Of a stretch of DNA of 55,539 nt, positions 28,472 to 37,491 are shown piece by piece. The stretch is taken from the NCBI GenBank assembly GCA_023380795.1, contig JAMCSF010000029.1, positions 1-55,539 of the forward strand, given 5' to 3'. Numbering within the stretch: the stretch's first letter is position 1; the number at the start of each line of letters is the position of its first letter. The notes beneath the pieces are model-generated. The model was not told the DNA's origin, did no database searches, and saw nothing but the letters and a program-made list of their open reading frames with translations. Position numbers and translations under genes: made by a program. The stretch is from Candidatus Marsarchaeota archaeon (lineage in GTDB: Archaea; Micrarchaeota; Micrarchaeia; Micrarchaeales; Micrarchaeaceae).

Positions 28472-29341
28472 ATGATGCAAAAGAAAATAGTTAACGATTC
28501 GAAGTGCTGCCTTGAGGCAAAGCCACATCTGCACGAACTCGAGCTTACCGAGACCGCAGCAAGGGCTTCTACAGGCCTTGAAATGCTTCTCGACGGGGGC
28601 TCGGGCAAAAAGGTTCTGATACCGGAAAAGCTGTCGAACTATCTGAGGCCGTCCATAGACATAGATGTCATAATGCCTGATGCAGATGCCCAAAAGGCAT
28701 TTCCCGGGATGAAAAAGGACAGGATGGTAGACAAGGTAAAGGCAGTAATGGTAGAAGGCAAGCTCGGCTATGAAAACGTTATTCATTATTCTCCGTTTCC
28801 GGTATACAGGGACGGGAAGTATCCTGATACTGACATATTTATACCATCAGGGGGCCTGGGCCCTATACCCTTCGGCATGGAGCTTTTCGCAGGTGCCATA
28901 GAAGTGCACATGAAGCAGAGCGGCATAATTGTCAAGGTTGCAGACATATCATTCACGCTTGCTACCAGCATAAACCCATTGGTATTCACAAATACGCGTG
29001 CCAGGGGGGCGCTTATAGCCCTGTTTTCAAATCCGGGTATTTTTGACGTTCCTGATGTAGTCGCATCAACTGCGGATTATCTGCTAAAAAGCATAGAAAA
29101 AGTCAATCATGCCATGCTAGCGGGAGATTCAAACAGGTCTTTGGCACACATGAAATCGGACAAGAACTACAAGCAATACGCGAAAATAATATCGGAAAAA
29201 ATACCAAACAAGCTGGACGCGATTGAAGGCAAGTTATCGAAGATAATGTCGCATGCAAATGTCGAAGGCTCCATGCCGAAGGGTGGGCTCAAGGAGTTCC
29301 GCTACGGCCTGGAGGGCATCGAAAAACTCTTAAGGAATTGA
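28472..29341 (+). CDS. Hypothetical protein with Pol-beta-superfamily nucleotidyltransferase-like motif
   Basis: LLDGGS ... LRPSIDIDV matches hGG ... RxSxDhD; later DTDIF. Confidence 0.65.
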   Translation: MMQKKIVNDSKCCLEAKPHLHELELTETAARASTGLEMLLDGGSGKKVLIPEKLSNYLRPSIDIDVIMPDADAQKAFPGMKKDRMVDKVKAVMVEGKLGYENVIHYSPFPVYRDGKYPDTDIFIPSGGLGPIPFGMELFAGAIEVHMKQSGIIVKVADISFTLATSINPLVFTNTRARGALIALFSNPGIFDVPDVVASTADYLLKSIEKVNHAMLAGDSNRSLAHMKSDKNYKQYAKIISEKIPNKLDAIEGKLSKIMSHANVEGSMPKGGLKEFRYGLEGIEKLLRN

Positions 29342-29378
29342 AAGCCTGTGAAGCGCTGTGCAAAGGCAACATGCATTG

Positions 29379-30137
29379 CTACCCAAATCTTTTCAACGCC
29401 TGAGCAAACTCCGAAGGCCTTAAAAAATGCGGAACATGTCCTCCGCCGTCTATAAATACAAGCTCAGAGCCATTTATGTACTTGCCGAAGGCATACGCAT
29501 ACTTCTTGTCTATTATCTTGTCATCGGTGCCCCATATTACAATGCACCTGTCCTTTATGCGCCCGAGCTCTTTGCTTCCGAGCAGGTACTTGGTGTTCCC
29601 TATCCCGATTATGCTGCTTACGACGTAATCATGGCCTTCGCCAACTTCGTTTCTGTTTAGCATGCTGATCTTTTTCATCTGCATGCTGTAAAATTCATCA
29701 TAGCTCATGGATTTCAAGGTGTCTTCCATTTCTTCCCTTAGCCCTGCAGCATCTTCCAGCACTATTCCGGAAATATTTTTCCCGAACGCGCCAGTGGCGG
29801 CTCCATAAGCTGTTATCCATCCTCCGTATGAGTTGCCGACTACGACATAGCTCCCCGACACTAGTTTTGAAACTACTTCCAAAACTGCAGATGCCTGCAC
29901 TTCAGGCGTATAATCGATATGCGGAGCGTCGGATTCTCCGTGCCCAAGCATGTCAATCAGGACTATGCCAATGCCATCGCCGAGATAAGGAATCAGCCTT
30001 TTCCAGGAGCGAACGTCTGCCCTGAGGCCGTGAAGGAACACAAAGGAAAGCTTGGCCCCCAACGGGATGTGAACCAATGCGTGAATTTGCCCATATCTCG
30101 TTTCGACCATTTTGGAATCAAGATCTTCAAACATCAT
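29379..30137 (-). CDS. Alpha/beta hydrolase
   Basis: FLHG, DMLGHGES, GNSYGG nucleophile elbow, WGTDD, GH. Confidence 0.93.
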   Translation of the reverse strand: MMFEDLDSKMVETRYGQIHALVHIPLGAKLSFVFLHGLRADVRSWKRLIPYLGDGIGIVLIDMLGHGESDAPHIDYTPEVQASAVLEVVSKLVSGSYVVVGNSYGGWITAYGAATGAFGKNISGIVLEDAAGLREEMEDTLKSMSYDEFYSMQMKKISMLNRNEVGEGHDYVVSSIIGIGNTKYLLGSKELGRIKDRCIVIWGTDDKIIDKKYAYAFGKYINGSELVFIDGGGHVPHFLRPSEFAQALKRFG

Positions 30138-31507
30138 GCTTTCGCACCATAAAAGAAATGTATCGGCCTGCCAAGCGCGGCTTCAGCGACCTCCTTTATG
30201 GATTCGCTATAAGTTGGATGCGGATGTATGGTATCGGCTATATCTTCGAGCGTGGCCCCCATTTCTATTGCGAGCGCAGCCTCTGCTATCGCGGCGTTTG
30301 CATCCGGGGAGACGAGCTCTATACCTACAACAACGTTGTCCGAGTCGTACGCAATCTTGGCGAATCCGTCAGTTTCGTCCAAGGCTATGGCCCTTCCAAG
30401 GGCGCTGAGAGGGAATTTCTTCACTTCTATGCCCTCCTTTTCCTCTATGCTGCCGGCTATCCCTATCTCCGGATCGGAAAATATTACTGCAGGGACTACG
30501 AGGTTGTCATAGCTGCTTCCAAGCCCTGCGGCACTTTCTGCGGATACGACGCCCTGCCTCATCGATTTGTGCGCCAGCATCGGCTCACCGGCTATGTCGC
30601 CTATGGCGTATATATCAGGGTTAGATGTCTGAAGCTTGCCGTTTACCTTTATGAAACCCTTTTCGTCAATATCAACTCCTGCCGCTTCCGCGCCCAGCCC
30701 TTCGGAGTACGGATGCAGGCCTATCGCCACCACAACAATTTCCGCGCTTATAGAATCCCCGCTGTCCAGCTCCAGCTTTCCGTTGGCGTATGCCTTCGGG
30801 TTTGCCCCCAAATGTATCGCTATTCCGAGCTGTGCCATGTGCTTTTTGACTATTGCCACTGCGTCCCTGTCGAATTTCGAAAGGACATCGGACCTTGCGA
30901 CCACGTGCACCTTTGAGCCAAGCTTTGCGTACAGCGTGCTTATCTCGACGGCAACATAGCCTGCTCCAATTATCGCCATTTCATTAGGTATACGGTCCAG
31001 CAGCAGCGCCTGCTTGTAATCTATGACAGTCTTGCCGTCAAAAGCGATGCCTTTGAGCTCCGCAGGCTCGGAGCCCGTAGCTATTATCGCCTTCTTAAAT
31101 ATGACCTCGGTGCCGTCGGTGACCTGTATCCTGTTCTTTTCTATGAACGTTCCGGCGCCCTTAAGCACGTCTATCCTGTTCTGCTTGCAGAGAAACTCTA
31201 CCCCGTTTTCCAGCTTCGAAGACACGCCGACACGCCATTCGAGCATCTTTTTTGCGTCTATAGTTACGTTTTGCGCATTTATCCCGAACTTCTGGGAATG
31301 CGTAGAATCGTAAAATATGTCAGATATGCGTATTAGCGTCTTGGAAGGTATGCATGCATAGTTAAGGCAGTGCCCGCCTAGCTTTTCCTTTTCTATCAAT
31401 ACAACGCTTTTTCCCAGCTCGGCAGCCCTTATCGCAGCGGTATAGCCGCCTACGCCTCCCCCTATTACTGCTATGTCAACCTCTTCAGGAACCTCTCCCA
31501 TGACCAT
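30134..31507 (-). CDS. lpdA: Dihydrolipoamide dehydrogenase (E3)
   Basis: GGGVGG, GGHCLNYACIPSK, ATGS, GD, HPHPTYSE. Confidence 0.96.
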   Translation of the reverse strand: MVMGEVPEEVDIAVIGGGVGGYTAAIRAAELGKSVVLIEKEKLGGHCLNYACIPSKTLIRISDIFYDSTHSQKFGINAQNVTIDAKKMLEWRVGVSSKLENGVEFLCKQNRIDVLKGAGTFIEKNRIQVTDGTEVIFKKAIIATGSEPAELKGIAFDGKTVIDYKQALLLDRIPNEMAIIGAGYVAVEISTLYAKLGSKVHVVARSDVLSKFDRDAVAIVKKHMAQLGIAIHLGANPKAYANGKLELDSGDSISAEIVVVAIGLHPYSEGLGAEAAGVDIDEKGFIKVNGKLQTSNPDIYAIGDIAGEPMLAHKSMRQGVVSAESAAGLGSSYDNLVVPAVIFSDPEIGIAGSIEEKEGIEVKKFPLSALGRAIALDETDGFAKIAYDSDNVVVGIELVSPDANAAIAEAALAIEMGATLEDIADTIHPHPTYSESIKEVAEAALGRPIHFFYGAKA

Positions 31508-31516
31508 TTGCACACC

Positions 31517-32755
31517 TCAAAGCATGTCCAGAAATTCCGGATCCTCCATATATCCCTTGAAGGCGTTCCCAAACTTAACCGCTTCGGCGCCGTCAACTAC
31601 CCTGTGGTCGAAAGTTATCGTAAACGGCAGTATCTTTCCGGGAACTACTGCGCCATCCTTTACAACAGGCATATCCCTTACCAAAGTAATCCCGAGTATT
31701 GCAACATCTGGGTAATTTATCATCGGTATGGCAAGGAAGCCTCCCCCCAAGCTCCCTACGTTGGTTATTGTGAAGCTCGTGTCCCTCATTTCCTGGAGCG
31801 ATATGGTCTGGTCAAGAACCTTTTTGTGCAGAGAATCTATCTCTTTAGCTATTTCAAGTATGCTTTTCTTGTCGCTATCCTTGACTACAACTACTTTAAG
31901 CCCGTCCTTTGCCTCCGCCGCTATGCCTATGTTGTAATACTTTTTCAGCACAACCTCCTGCCTGTCCTTGTCATAGCTCGCGTTGAAGCGCGGATTCTCC
32001 TTCAGCGCCTCAACGGCAGCCTTGATTATGAAAGGCAGATAAGAGAGCTTGACGTTGAGCTGCTTGAGGGATTTCTCCTTCTCTTTCTGGACTACGGAAT
32101 ATATCGCGCTGGCGTCTATAAGGTCCATGTGCGAAGCTCTGGGGATCTGCCATGAAAGCTCCATGTTCTTGGCTATTGCCTTTCTTGTCTGCGATAGCGG
32201 CACGCGCTCGGTGTTGGCTGCATTGGCATTCGCTGCGGGTAGCGCCGCAGGCGCTGCTGCCTTGTTTTCTGCATAAGCTTTCACGTCCGCCTCGGTTATT
32301 CTTCCGCCAGGGCCTGAACCTTTGACGCCCGAAAGGTCTATTCCCATGCTTTCAGCCATGTGCCTTACCGAAGGAGGCGCAAGCACGCGCCTTTGCCCTT
32401 GCTTCTCGACTGGCTTGCTTTGCGCTTGTTCTACGGGCTTAGCTTCGGCTGGCTTTGCCTTTGGAGTTTCAATTGCGCCTGCATTATTTTTGGCGCCCGA
32501 AGCTGCAATGCCATTAAGCTCGCCAGCACTCCCTACATAAGCCATCACGTCGCCTACCTTGACATCGGCGCCTTCCTTAATCATTATCTTTATCTTCCCG
32601 GAGGCTGGAGCCGGCATGCTGACCACTGCCTTGTCAGTCTCGACCTGGGCTACTGGCTGGTCCTCCTTTACGTCGGCCATGTCTGCCACAAGCCATTTTT
32701 GTATGCGCCCCTCGGTTATCCCCTCTCCGATGTCTACAAATTTTATCTCCTCCAT
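31517..32755 (-). CDS. pdhC: Dihydrolipoamide acyltransferase (E2)
   Basis: Lipoyl motif VETDKA, E3-binding GSGPGGRIT, DHRVVDG. Confidence 0.96.
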   Translation of the reverse strand: MEEIKFVDIGEGITEGRIQKWLVADMADVKEDQPVAQVETDKAVVSMPAPASGKIKIMIKEGADVKVGDVMAYVGSAGELNGIAASGAKNNAGAIETPKAKPAEAKPVEQAQSKPVEKQGQRRVLAPPSVRHMAESMGIDLSGVKGSGPGGRITEADVKAYAENKAAAPAALPAANANAANTERVPLSQTRKAIAKNMELSWQIPRASHMDLIDASAIYSVVQKEKEKSLKQLNVKLSYLPFIIKAAVEALKENPRFNASYDKDRQEVVLKKYYNIGIAAEAKDGLKVVVVKDSDKKSILEIAKEIDSLHKKVLDQTISLQEMRDTSFTITNVGSLGGGFLAIPMINYPDVAILGITLVRDMPVVKDGAVVPGKILPFTITFDHRVVDGAEAVKFGNAFKGYMEDPEFLDML

Positions 32756-32765
32756 TCAAAGCACC

Positions 32766-33737
32766 TCACATCTCCAGCAGTCTTTCTATAGCTTCTAAGA
32801 CCTTCTTTTCGTTGGGTATGTAATAGTTCTCATAGCCCGGCATCGGGTACGGCAGGCTAGGCGAAGTAACGCGCATTATTGGGGCGTCTATCTCGTATAT
32901 TGCCTTCTCGGATATTATTGCAGAAACCTCCGCGCCTACGCCAAAGCTCATAGGGGCTTCATGAACTATTATAACCTTGCCTGTCTTCTTGGCCGCGTCC
33001 ACTATTGCATCCTCGTCAAGTGGGTTTATGGTCCTTAGGTCTAGAACCTCTGCGCTTATGCCTGGCTTTTTCTCAAGGGCCTTTTCCACGACGTTTACCA
33101 TAGTGCCGTATGTTATTATTGTAATGTCATCGCCTTCCCTAACCGTTCTTGCCTTGCCTATCGGGACTTCGAACATCTCTTCTGGCACTTCCTGCTTGAA
33201 CAGCCTGTAAAGTTTCGTAGGCTCAAGGAAAAGAACCGGGTCGTTGCCGTGTATGGCGCTTGCCAGCAATCCCTTCGCATCGTAAGGCGTCGAAGGCTCT
33301 ACCACTACCAAACCGCCAATATGCGAATATTCTGCTTCAGGGCTTTCGGAATGGTGCTCAAGGGTCTTGACTCCTCCGCTAACAGGGGTCCTTATTACCA
33401 TGGGCAGCGCGACGTTGGACCTGGTCCTCGACCTATACCTGGCTGCATGATTGACTATCTGCGCATATCCCAAGTACATGAAGCCGGCAAACTGTATTTC
33501 CGGTATCGGCTTGAGCCCGGCTATTGCCATGCCTATCGATGCCCCTATTATGCTAGACTCTGCCAGGGGCGTGTCTATGACCCTATTACCTGTATATTTG
33601 TCTATCAATCCGTCCGTGACCCTGAACACTCCTCCATCTTTTCCAATGTCCTCTCCAAGTAAAACTACTCTTTCGTCTTCAGCCATTGCCAGATCAAGCG
33701 CGTTGTTTATCGCCTGGACCATGTTCATCATTGCCAT
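32766..33737 (-). CDS. pdhB: 2-oxoacid (pyruvate) dehydrogenase E1 beta
   Basis: GEDIGKDGGVFRVT, DTPLAE, EIQF, HHSESPE, DLRTINPLD. Confidence 0.96.
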   Translation of the reverse strand: MAMMNMVQAINNALDLAMAEDERVVLLGEDIGKDGGVFRVTDGLIDKYTGNRVIDTPLAESSIIGASIGMAIAGLKPIPEIQFAGFMYLGYAQIVNHAARYRSRTRSNVALPMVIRTPVSGGVKTLEHHSESPEAEYSHIGGLVVVEPSTPYDAKGLLASAIHGNDPVLFLEPTKLYRLFKQEVPEEMFEVPIGKARTVREGDDITIITYGTMVNVVEKALEKKPGISAEVLDLRTINPLDEDAIVDAAKKTGKVIIVHEAPMSFGVGAEVSAIISEKAIYEIDAPIMRVTSPSLPYPMPGYENYYIPNEKKVLEAIERLLEM

Positions 33738-33745
33738 AAAACCAC

Positions 33746-34816
33746 CTATTGCCAATAATCGCTGCTCTTGGCGTTCTCGAGCTGCTCTTCCAATACCGTT
33801 GGCATATGCGAATATACGTTCTCGAATATGGAATCCGGATTCGGCTTGAATTCGTCAGCCCTCGCCAGCGCTTCGTCAATGCTCTTCAACTGCTCGTCCT
33901 TCAGCGTGCTCTCCTTCGAATCGTCCCAAAGCCCCTTGGCCCTGAGGTAAGCCCCAAGCCTTGCTATCGGGTCGCGTTTCTTCCACGCTTCCACCTCTGA
34001 GTCTTCCCTGTATTTGGTCGGGTCGTCGGAAGTGGTGTGCATGCTCATCCTGTACGTAAGACATTCTATGACGTAGGGCTTGCCTGAACGCGCGCTTTCT
34101 ATGGCGTCCCGCGTTGCCTTGTAAACCGCAACCACGTCGTTGCCGTCCACCTGTATTGCGTCTATGCCTGCGGCGACCGCCTTCTGCGCGAGGGTCTGTG
34201 CTGCCGTCTGCTCTGCCCTAGGCACCGATATCGCCCACTGGTTGTTTTCTATTATGACTACCAGCGGCACCTTGAAAACTCCAGCAAAATTTATTGCCTC
34301 GTAAAAATCCCCCTCCGATGTGCCGCCGTCGCCAACGTATGCCACCACTGCCGAATCCTCTTTCAGGTACTTCTTGGCAAACGCTATGCCTGCTGCATGA
34401 GGCATCTGCGTAGCAACAGGAACTATGACTGGAGTCATGTTAAGCTTCTTGTCTATTGCTGCACCCTCTTCGTACCCTTTCCAGTATACAAAGAACTGCT
34501 CCAGCGGAAGCCCTCTGGCAATGTAAACTCCGTGCTGCCTGAAGTTCGGGACTGCAAAGTCGTTTTGGCGCATTGCCATCGCGCTGCCTATCTGCGTAGC
34601 CTCTTCTCCAAGCAAAGGAGCGTAGGTCGCAAGCTTGCCCTGCCTCTGCAGGCTCAATGCCTTGGCGTCCAGGTTCCTCGCAAGGTTCATCATCTTGTAA
34701 AATTCGACAAGCTTCTGGTCCTGCAGGTCATTGGGCATGAGCTGCTGGTCCACTGCACCGTTCTCATCCATTATCTGCATGTACTTTATCGTAGCGCTAA
34801 AAGCATCCTTCAACAT
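33746..34816 (-). CDS. pdhA: 2-oxoacid (pyruvate) dehydrogenase E1 alpha
   Basis: LQRQGK, GEEA, ThDP motif GDGGTSEG...ENNQWAIS, HTTSDDPTKYR. Start moved to ATG 34816 after GGTG. Confidence 0.96.
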   Translation of the reverse strand: MLKDAFSATIKYMQIMDENGAVDQQLMPNDLQDQKLVEFYKMMNLARNLDAKALSLQRQGKLATYAPLLGEEATQIGSAMAMRQNDFAVPNFRQHGVYIARGLPLEQFFVYWKGYEEGAAIDKKLNMTPVIVPVATQMPHAAGIAFAKKYLKEDSAVVAYVGDGGTSEGDFYEAINFAGVFKVPLVVIIENNQWAISVPRAEQTAAQTLAQKAVAAGIDAIQVDGNDVVAVYKATRDAIESARSGKPYVIECLTYRMSMHTTSDDPTKYREDSEVEAWKKRDPIARLGAYLRAKGLWDDSKESTLKDEQLKSIDEALARADEFKPNPDSIFENVYSHMPTVLEEQLENAKSSDYWQ

Positions 34817-34930
34817 ATCAACACCCTTAGAGCCAATTGCATTTAGCATTATTAACACTTTCCGAAACGGGCCAAAACGTATGTACAAAAGCAATTTAAA
34901 CACGAAGAGAGAAATAAATCCGGTGTTTTG

Positions 34931-36238
34931 ATGGCATATTCGCACGCTTCGGAAGTGCCCCAAAAATTGGGCAAGGAGGTATCGTTAAGGGGATGGGTTT
35001 ACAGAAAAAGGGAAAGCGGAGGCATTATATTCATAATAGTAAGGGACAGGACCGGGACCATCCAGGCGTCGATAAAGAAGGACAACGTTGATGCCAAGAC
35101 ATGGAAAGCGGCTCAGGACGCCATAATAGAATCAAGCGTGGAGCTAAAAGGTTCAGTAAAAAAGGATGAAAGAGCCCCTTCGGGATACGAAATAGAGGGA
35201 AGCGGCTTCAAGACCATAAGCATAGGCGAGCCTTACCCAATAACGGAGTACCAGAGCACCGAGCTGCTTCTCGACAAGCGCCACCTGTGGCTGAGGAGCG
35301 TCAAGATGACAAACATAATGAAGCTGCGCTCATACTTCTTCAGATACCTGAGGAAATTCCACGATGGAAAGGGCTTCTACGAGATAACCCCTCCGCTCAT
35401 TACAAGGTCTGCCGGGGAGACAGGTGCTGACATGTTTCCTATAGACTATTTCGGCCAGGAAGCGTTCCTAACCGAATCGTCCCAGCAGTACGCCGAGGCC
35501 ATGATCTACTCGCTGGAAAAGGTCTACACGTTCGCACCATCCTACAGGGCCGAGAAGTCAAGGACCGTTAAGCACCTTGCGGAGTACTGGCATCTGGAGA
35601 TGGAAGCTGCGCACTACAACCTTAACCAGCTCATGAAGTTCGAAGAGGACATGGTAAGCTACGTTGCAAAGGGGCTTGTAAAGAACAACGAAGACGAGCT
35701 TAAGCAGCTCAATGTTGACATGGAGTCCCTCAAGAAGATAAGAGGGCCATTCAAGCGCCTGACATACGAGCAGGCGCTGGATATACTCAACCAGAAAGGA
35801 AAGAGCCTAAAATGGGGCGATGACTTCGGCGTGGAAGAGGAAAGGCTGCTGACCGAAGAGGAAGAAAAGCCTGTTTTCGTAATGTACTGGCCAAGGGAGC
35901 TAAAAGCTTTTTACCAGCCCATAAACCCGAAGGACGAGCGCACCACCATGAGTGCAGACCTCCAGGCTCCGCACGGGCATGGGGAAATAATAGGCGCAAG
36001 CGAGAGGATATGGAAGCATGACGAGCTGATGCAGCGCTTCAAGGAATTCGAGATAGCAAAGAACATAAAGTTCAACATGGCCAACTACGAGTGGTACATT
36101 GACCTGAGGCGCTACGGCAGCGTGCCTCATGCTGGATATGGCCTTGGCACTGAGAGGCTCATAAAGTGGATGCTTAACCTTGACCACATAAGGGATGCGA
36201 TACCTTTCCCAAGAATGATAAACAGGATCTACCCGTAA
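34931..36238 (+). CDS. asnS: Asparaginyl-tRNA synthetase
   Basis: OB fold LRGWV, LLDKRHLWLRS, YRAEKSRT..HLAEYW, YEWYIDLRRYGSVPHAGYGLG.ER. Confidence 0.92.
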   Translation: MAYSHASEVPQKLGKEVSLRGWVYRKRESGGIIFIIVRDRTGTIQASIKKDNVDAKTWKAAQDAIIESSVELKGSVKKDERAPSGYEIEGSGFKTISIGEPYPITEYQSTELLLDKRHLWLRSVKMTNIMKLRSYFFRYLRKFHDGKGFYEITPPLITRSAGETGADMFPIDYFGQEAFLTESSQQYAEAMIYSLEKVYTFAPSYRAEKSRTVKHLAEYWHLEMEAAHYNLNQLMKFEEDMVSYVAKGLVKNNEDELKQLNVDMESLKKIRGPFKRLTYEQALDILNQKGKSLKWGDDFGVEEERLLTEEEEKPVFVMYWPRELKAFYQPINPKDERTTMSADLQAPHGHGEIIGASERIWKHDELMQRFKEFEIAKNIKFNMANYEWYIDLRRYGSVPHAGYGLGTERLIKWMLNLDHIRDAIPFPRMINRIYP

Positions 36239-36248
36239 TGGTTTTTGC

Positions 36249-36524
36249 ATGGCTGAAAAAATCCGCTGCTCCCATATACTCGTCGAAAAGCTCTCTCAGG
36301 CGCAGCAGGTCATGGAGCTCCTGAAGAAGGGCGAAAGCTTCGATTCTCTCGCAGAGAAATATTCAATCGACGGCTCAAGGAAGCGAGGAGGAGATTTGGG
36401 CTATTTTGGCCGCGGCGCAATGGTCAAAGAATTCGAAAAGGCAGCTTTCTCGCTGGAAAAAGGGCAAATATCTGAAATAGTCAAAACGCAGTTCGGCTAC
36501 CACATAATAAAAAGGACGGGATGA
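36249..36524 (+). CDS. ppiC: Parvulin-type peptidyl-prolyl isomerase
   Basis: SHILV, FDSLAEKYS, GGDLG, MVKEFE, TQFGYHII. Confidence 0.96.
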   Translation: MAEKIRCSHILVEKLSQAQQVMELLKKGESFDSLAEKYSIDGSRKRGGDLGYFGRGAMVKEFEKAAFSLEKGQISEIVKTQFGYHIIKRTG

Positions 36525-36526
36525 GC

Positions 36527-36667
36527 TCAATCACTTTCGTCGGCCCAGACAAACCTGTAAACGTTGGCGCTTTCCTTTATCATAGCGACAGGCCTTGCGT
36601 TCATCGAATCAATCTCCAAAAACCTCTCAAGCCTTCTGTGCTTCATAATCCTGAATATATTCATCAT
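36527..36667 (-). CDS. 46-aa small protein (not in ORF track)
   Basis: MMNIFRIMKHRRLERFLEIDSMNARPVAMIKESANVYRFVWADESD*, GGTGA RBS, starts 2 nt after the upstream stop. Confidence 0.65.
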   Translation of the reverse strand: MMNIFRIMKHRRLERFLEIDSMNARPVAMIKESANVYRFVWADESD

Positions 36668-36669
36668 AG

Positions 36670-36810
36670 TCAATCACCATAACGCTCCTTCATGTACTTG
36701 TCGACTATTTTGGCCTGGAGCCTTTCCAGCTGCTCTCTTATCTCCGGGTCATTTAAAAGGTACTCCCTTACCTTCTTGTCTATGCTGCTCTCGAAGATCC
36801 TAACCTTCAT
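36670..36810 (-). CDS. 46-aa small helical protein (not in ORF track)
   Basis: MKVRIFESSIDKKVREYLLNDPEIREQLERLQAKIVDKYMKERYGD*, ATGA overlap with the upstream stop. Confidence 0.7.
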   Translation of the reverse strand: MKVRIFESSIDKKVREYLLNDPEIREQLERLQAKIVDKYMKERYGD

Positions 36811-37103
36811 TTAATCGCCTTTTTGAGTTCCATCGCGCTGACGAACCTTCCGTACCTAGGGCCAGCGACCTCTGCTATCGACTTCTCTACCTTTTCATAG
36901 GTCTTTTCGTCAAATTTCGCCTTGACCATGTATCCTATGTCGCCTTCGGTGACGCAGACTTCCTGCACTTCATCTATGCCTAGCAGCGCGTCAGCAAGTT
37001 CGTTTATGTCGGTTCCCTTCTGCGGCTTTATGAAGAAGAAGCTGTGAAGGAAATCGTCCTTTGTCCGCAACCTATACATCCTGTTTTTCTTATCCCCTTT
37101 CAT
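36807..37103 (-). CDS. Stand-alone Lrp/AsnC ligand-binding (RAM) domain protein
   Basis: FFFIKP...LLGIDEVQEVCVTEGDIGYMVKA; no HTH. Confidence 0.75.
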   Translation of the reverse strand: MKGDKKNRMYRLRTKDDFLHSFFFIKPQKGTDINELADALLGIDEVQEVCVTEGDIGYMVKAKFDEKTYEKVEKSIAEVAGPRYGRFVSAMELKKAIK

Positions 37104-37491
37104 TTTTTTACCCCTTTATACCAATTATCGTGAAATCTGAGAAAAAGCATGAAGAAAAAGGCTGTGCAGAAACAATGTGGGTGGGAAGCCAGGGGTCAGC
37201 GAAGTTGAATGGTGGGCATTCTAGAACATGGAAAAATGACATATAGAATATATGTTTCATTCCCGACCCCCCGGCTTGATTAATATTAGGGTTTTTATTG
37301 AATAAATAGCCTACCGCAGAAATAAATATAAAATTATAATATCATAGCTAAAATATAAATATAAATTCATATTAATTACTATTTATAATAATAAAGCTAT
37401 CTAAATTGAACTTAATTTCTAAAAGAATATTAAAATATAATAAATCTAAATATCTTAAAGTTATATAAATATTATAATAAATGGTGTCAGT

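Noticed and set aside
37281-37480. Replication origin in the extremely AT-rich tract
   Set aside because: No repeated ORB boxes or orc1/cdc6 nearby; better explained as divergent promoters and Lrp operator DNA.
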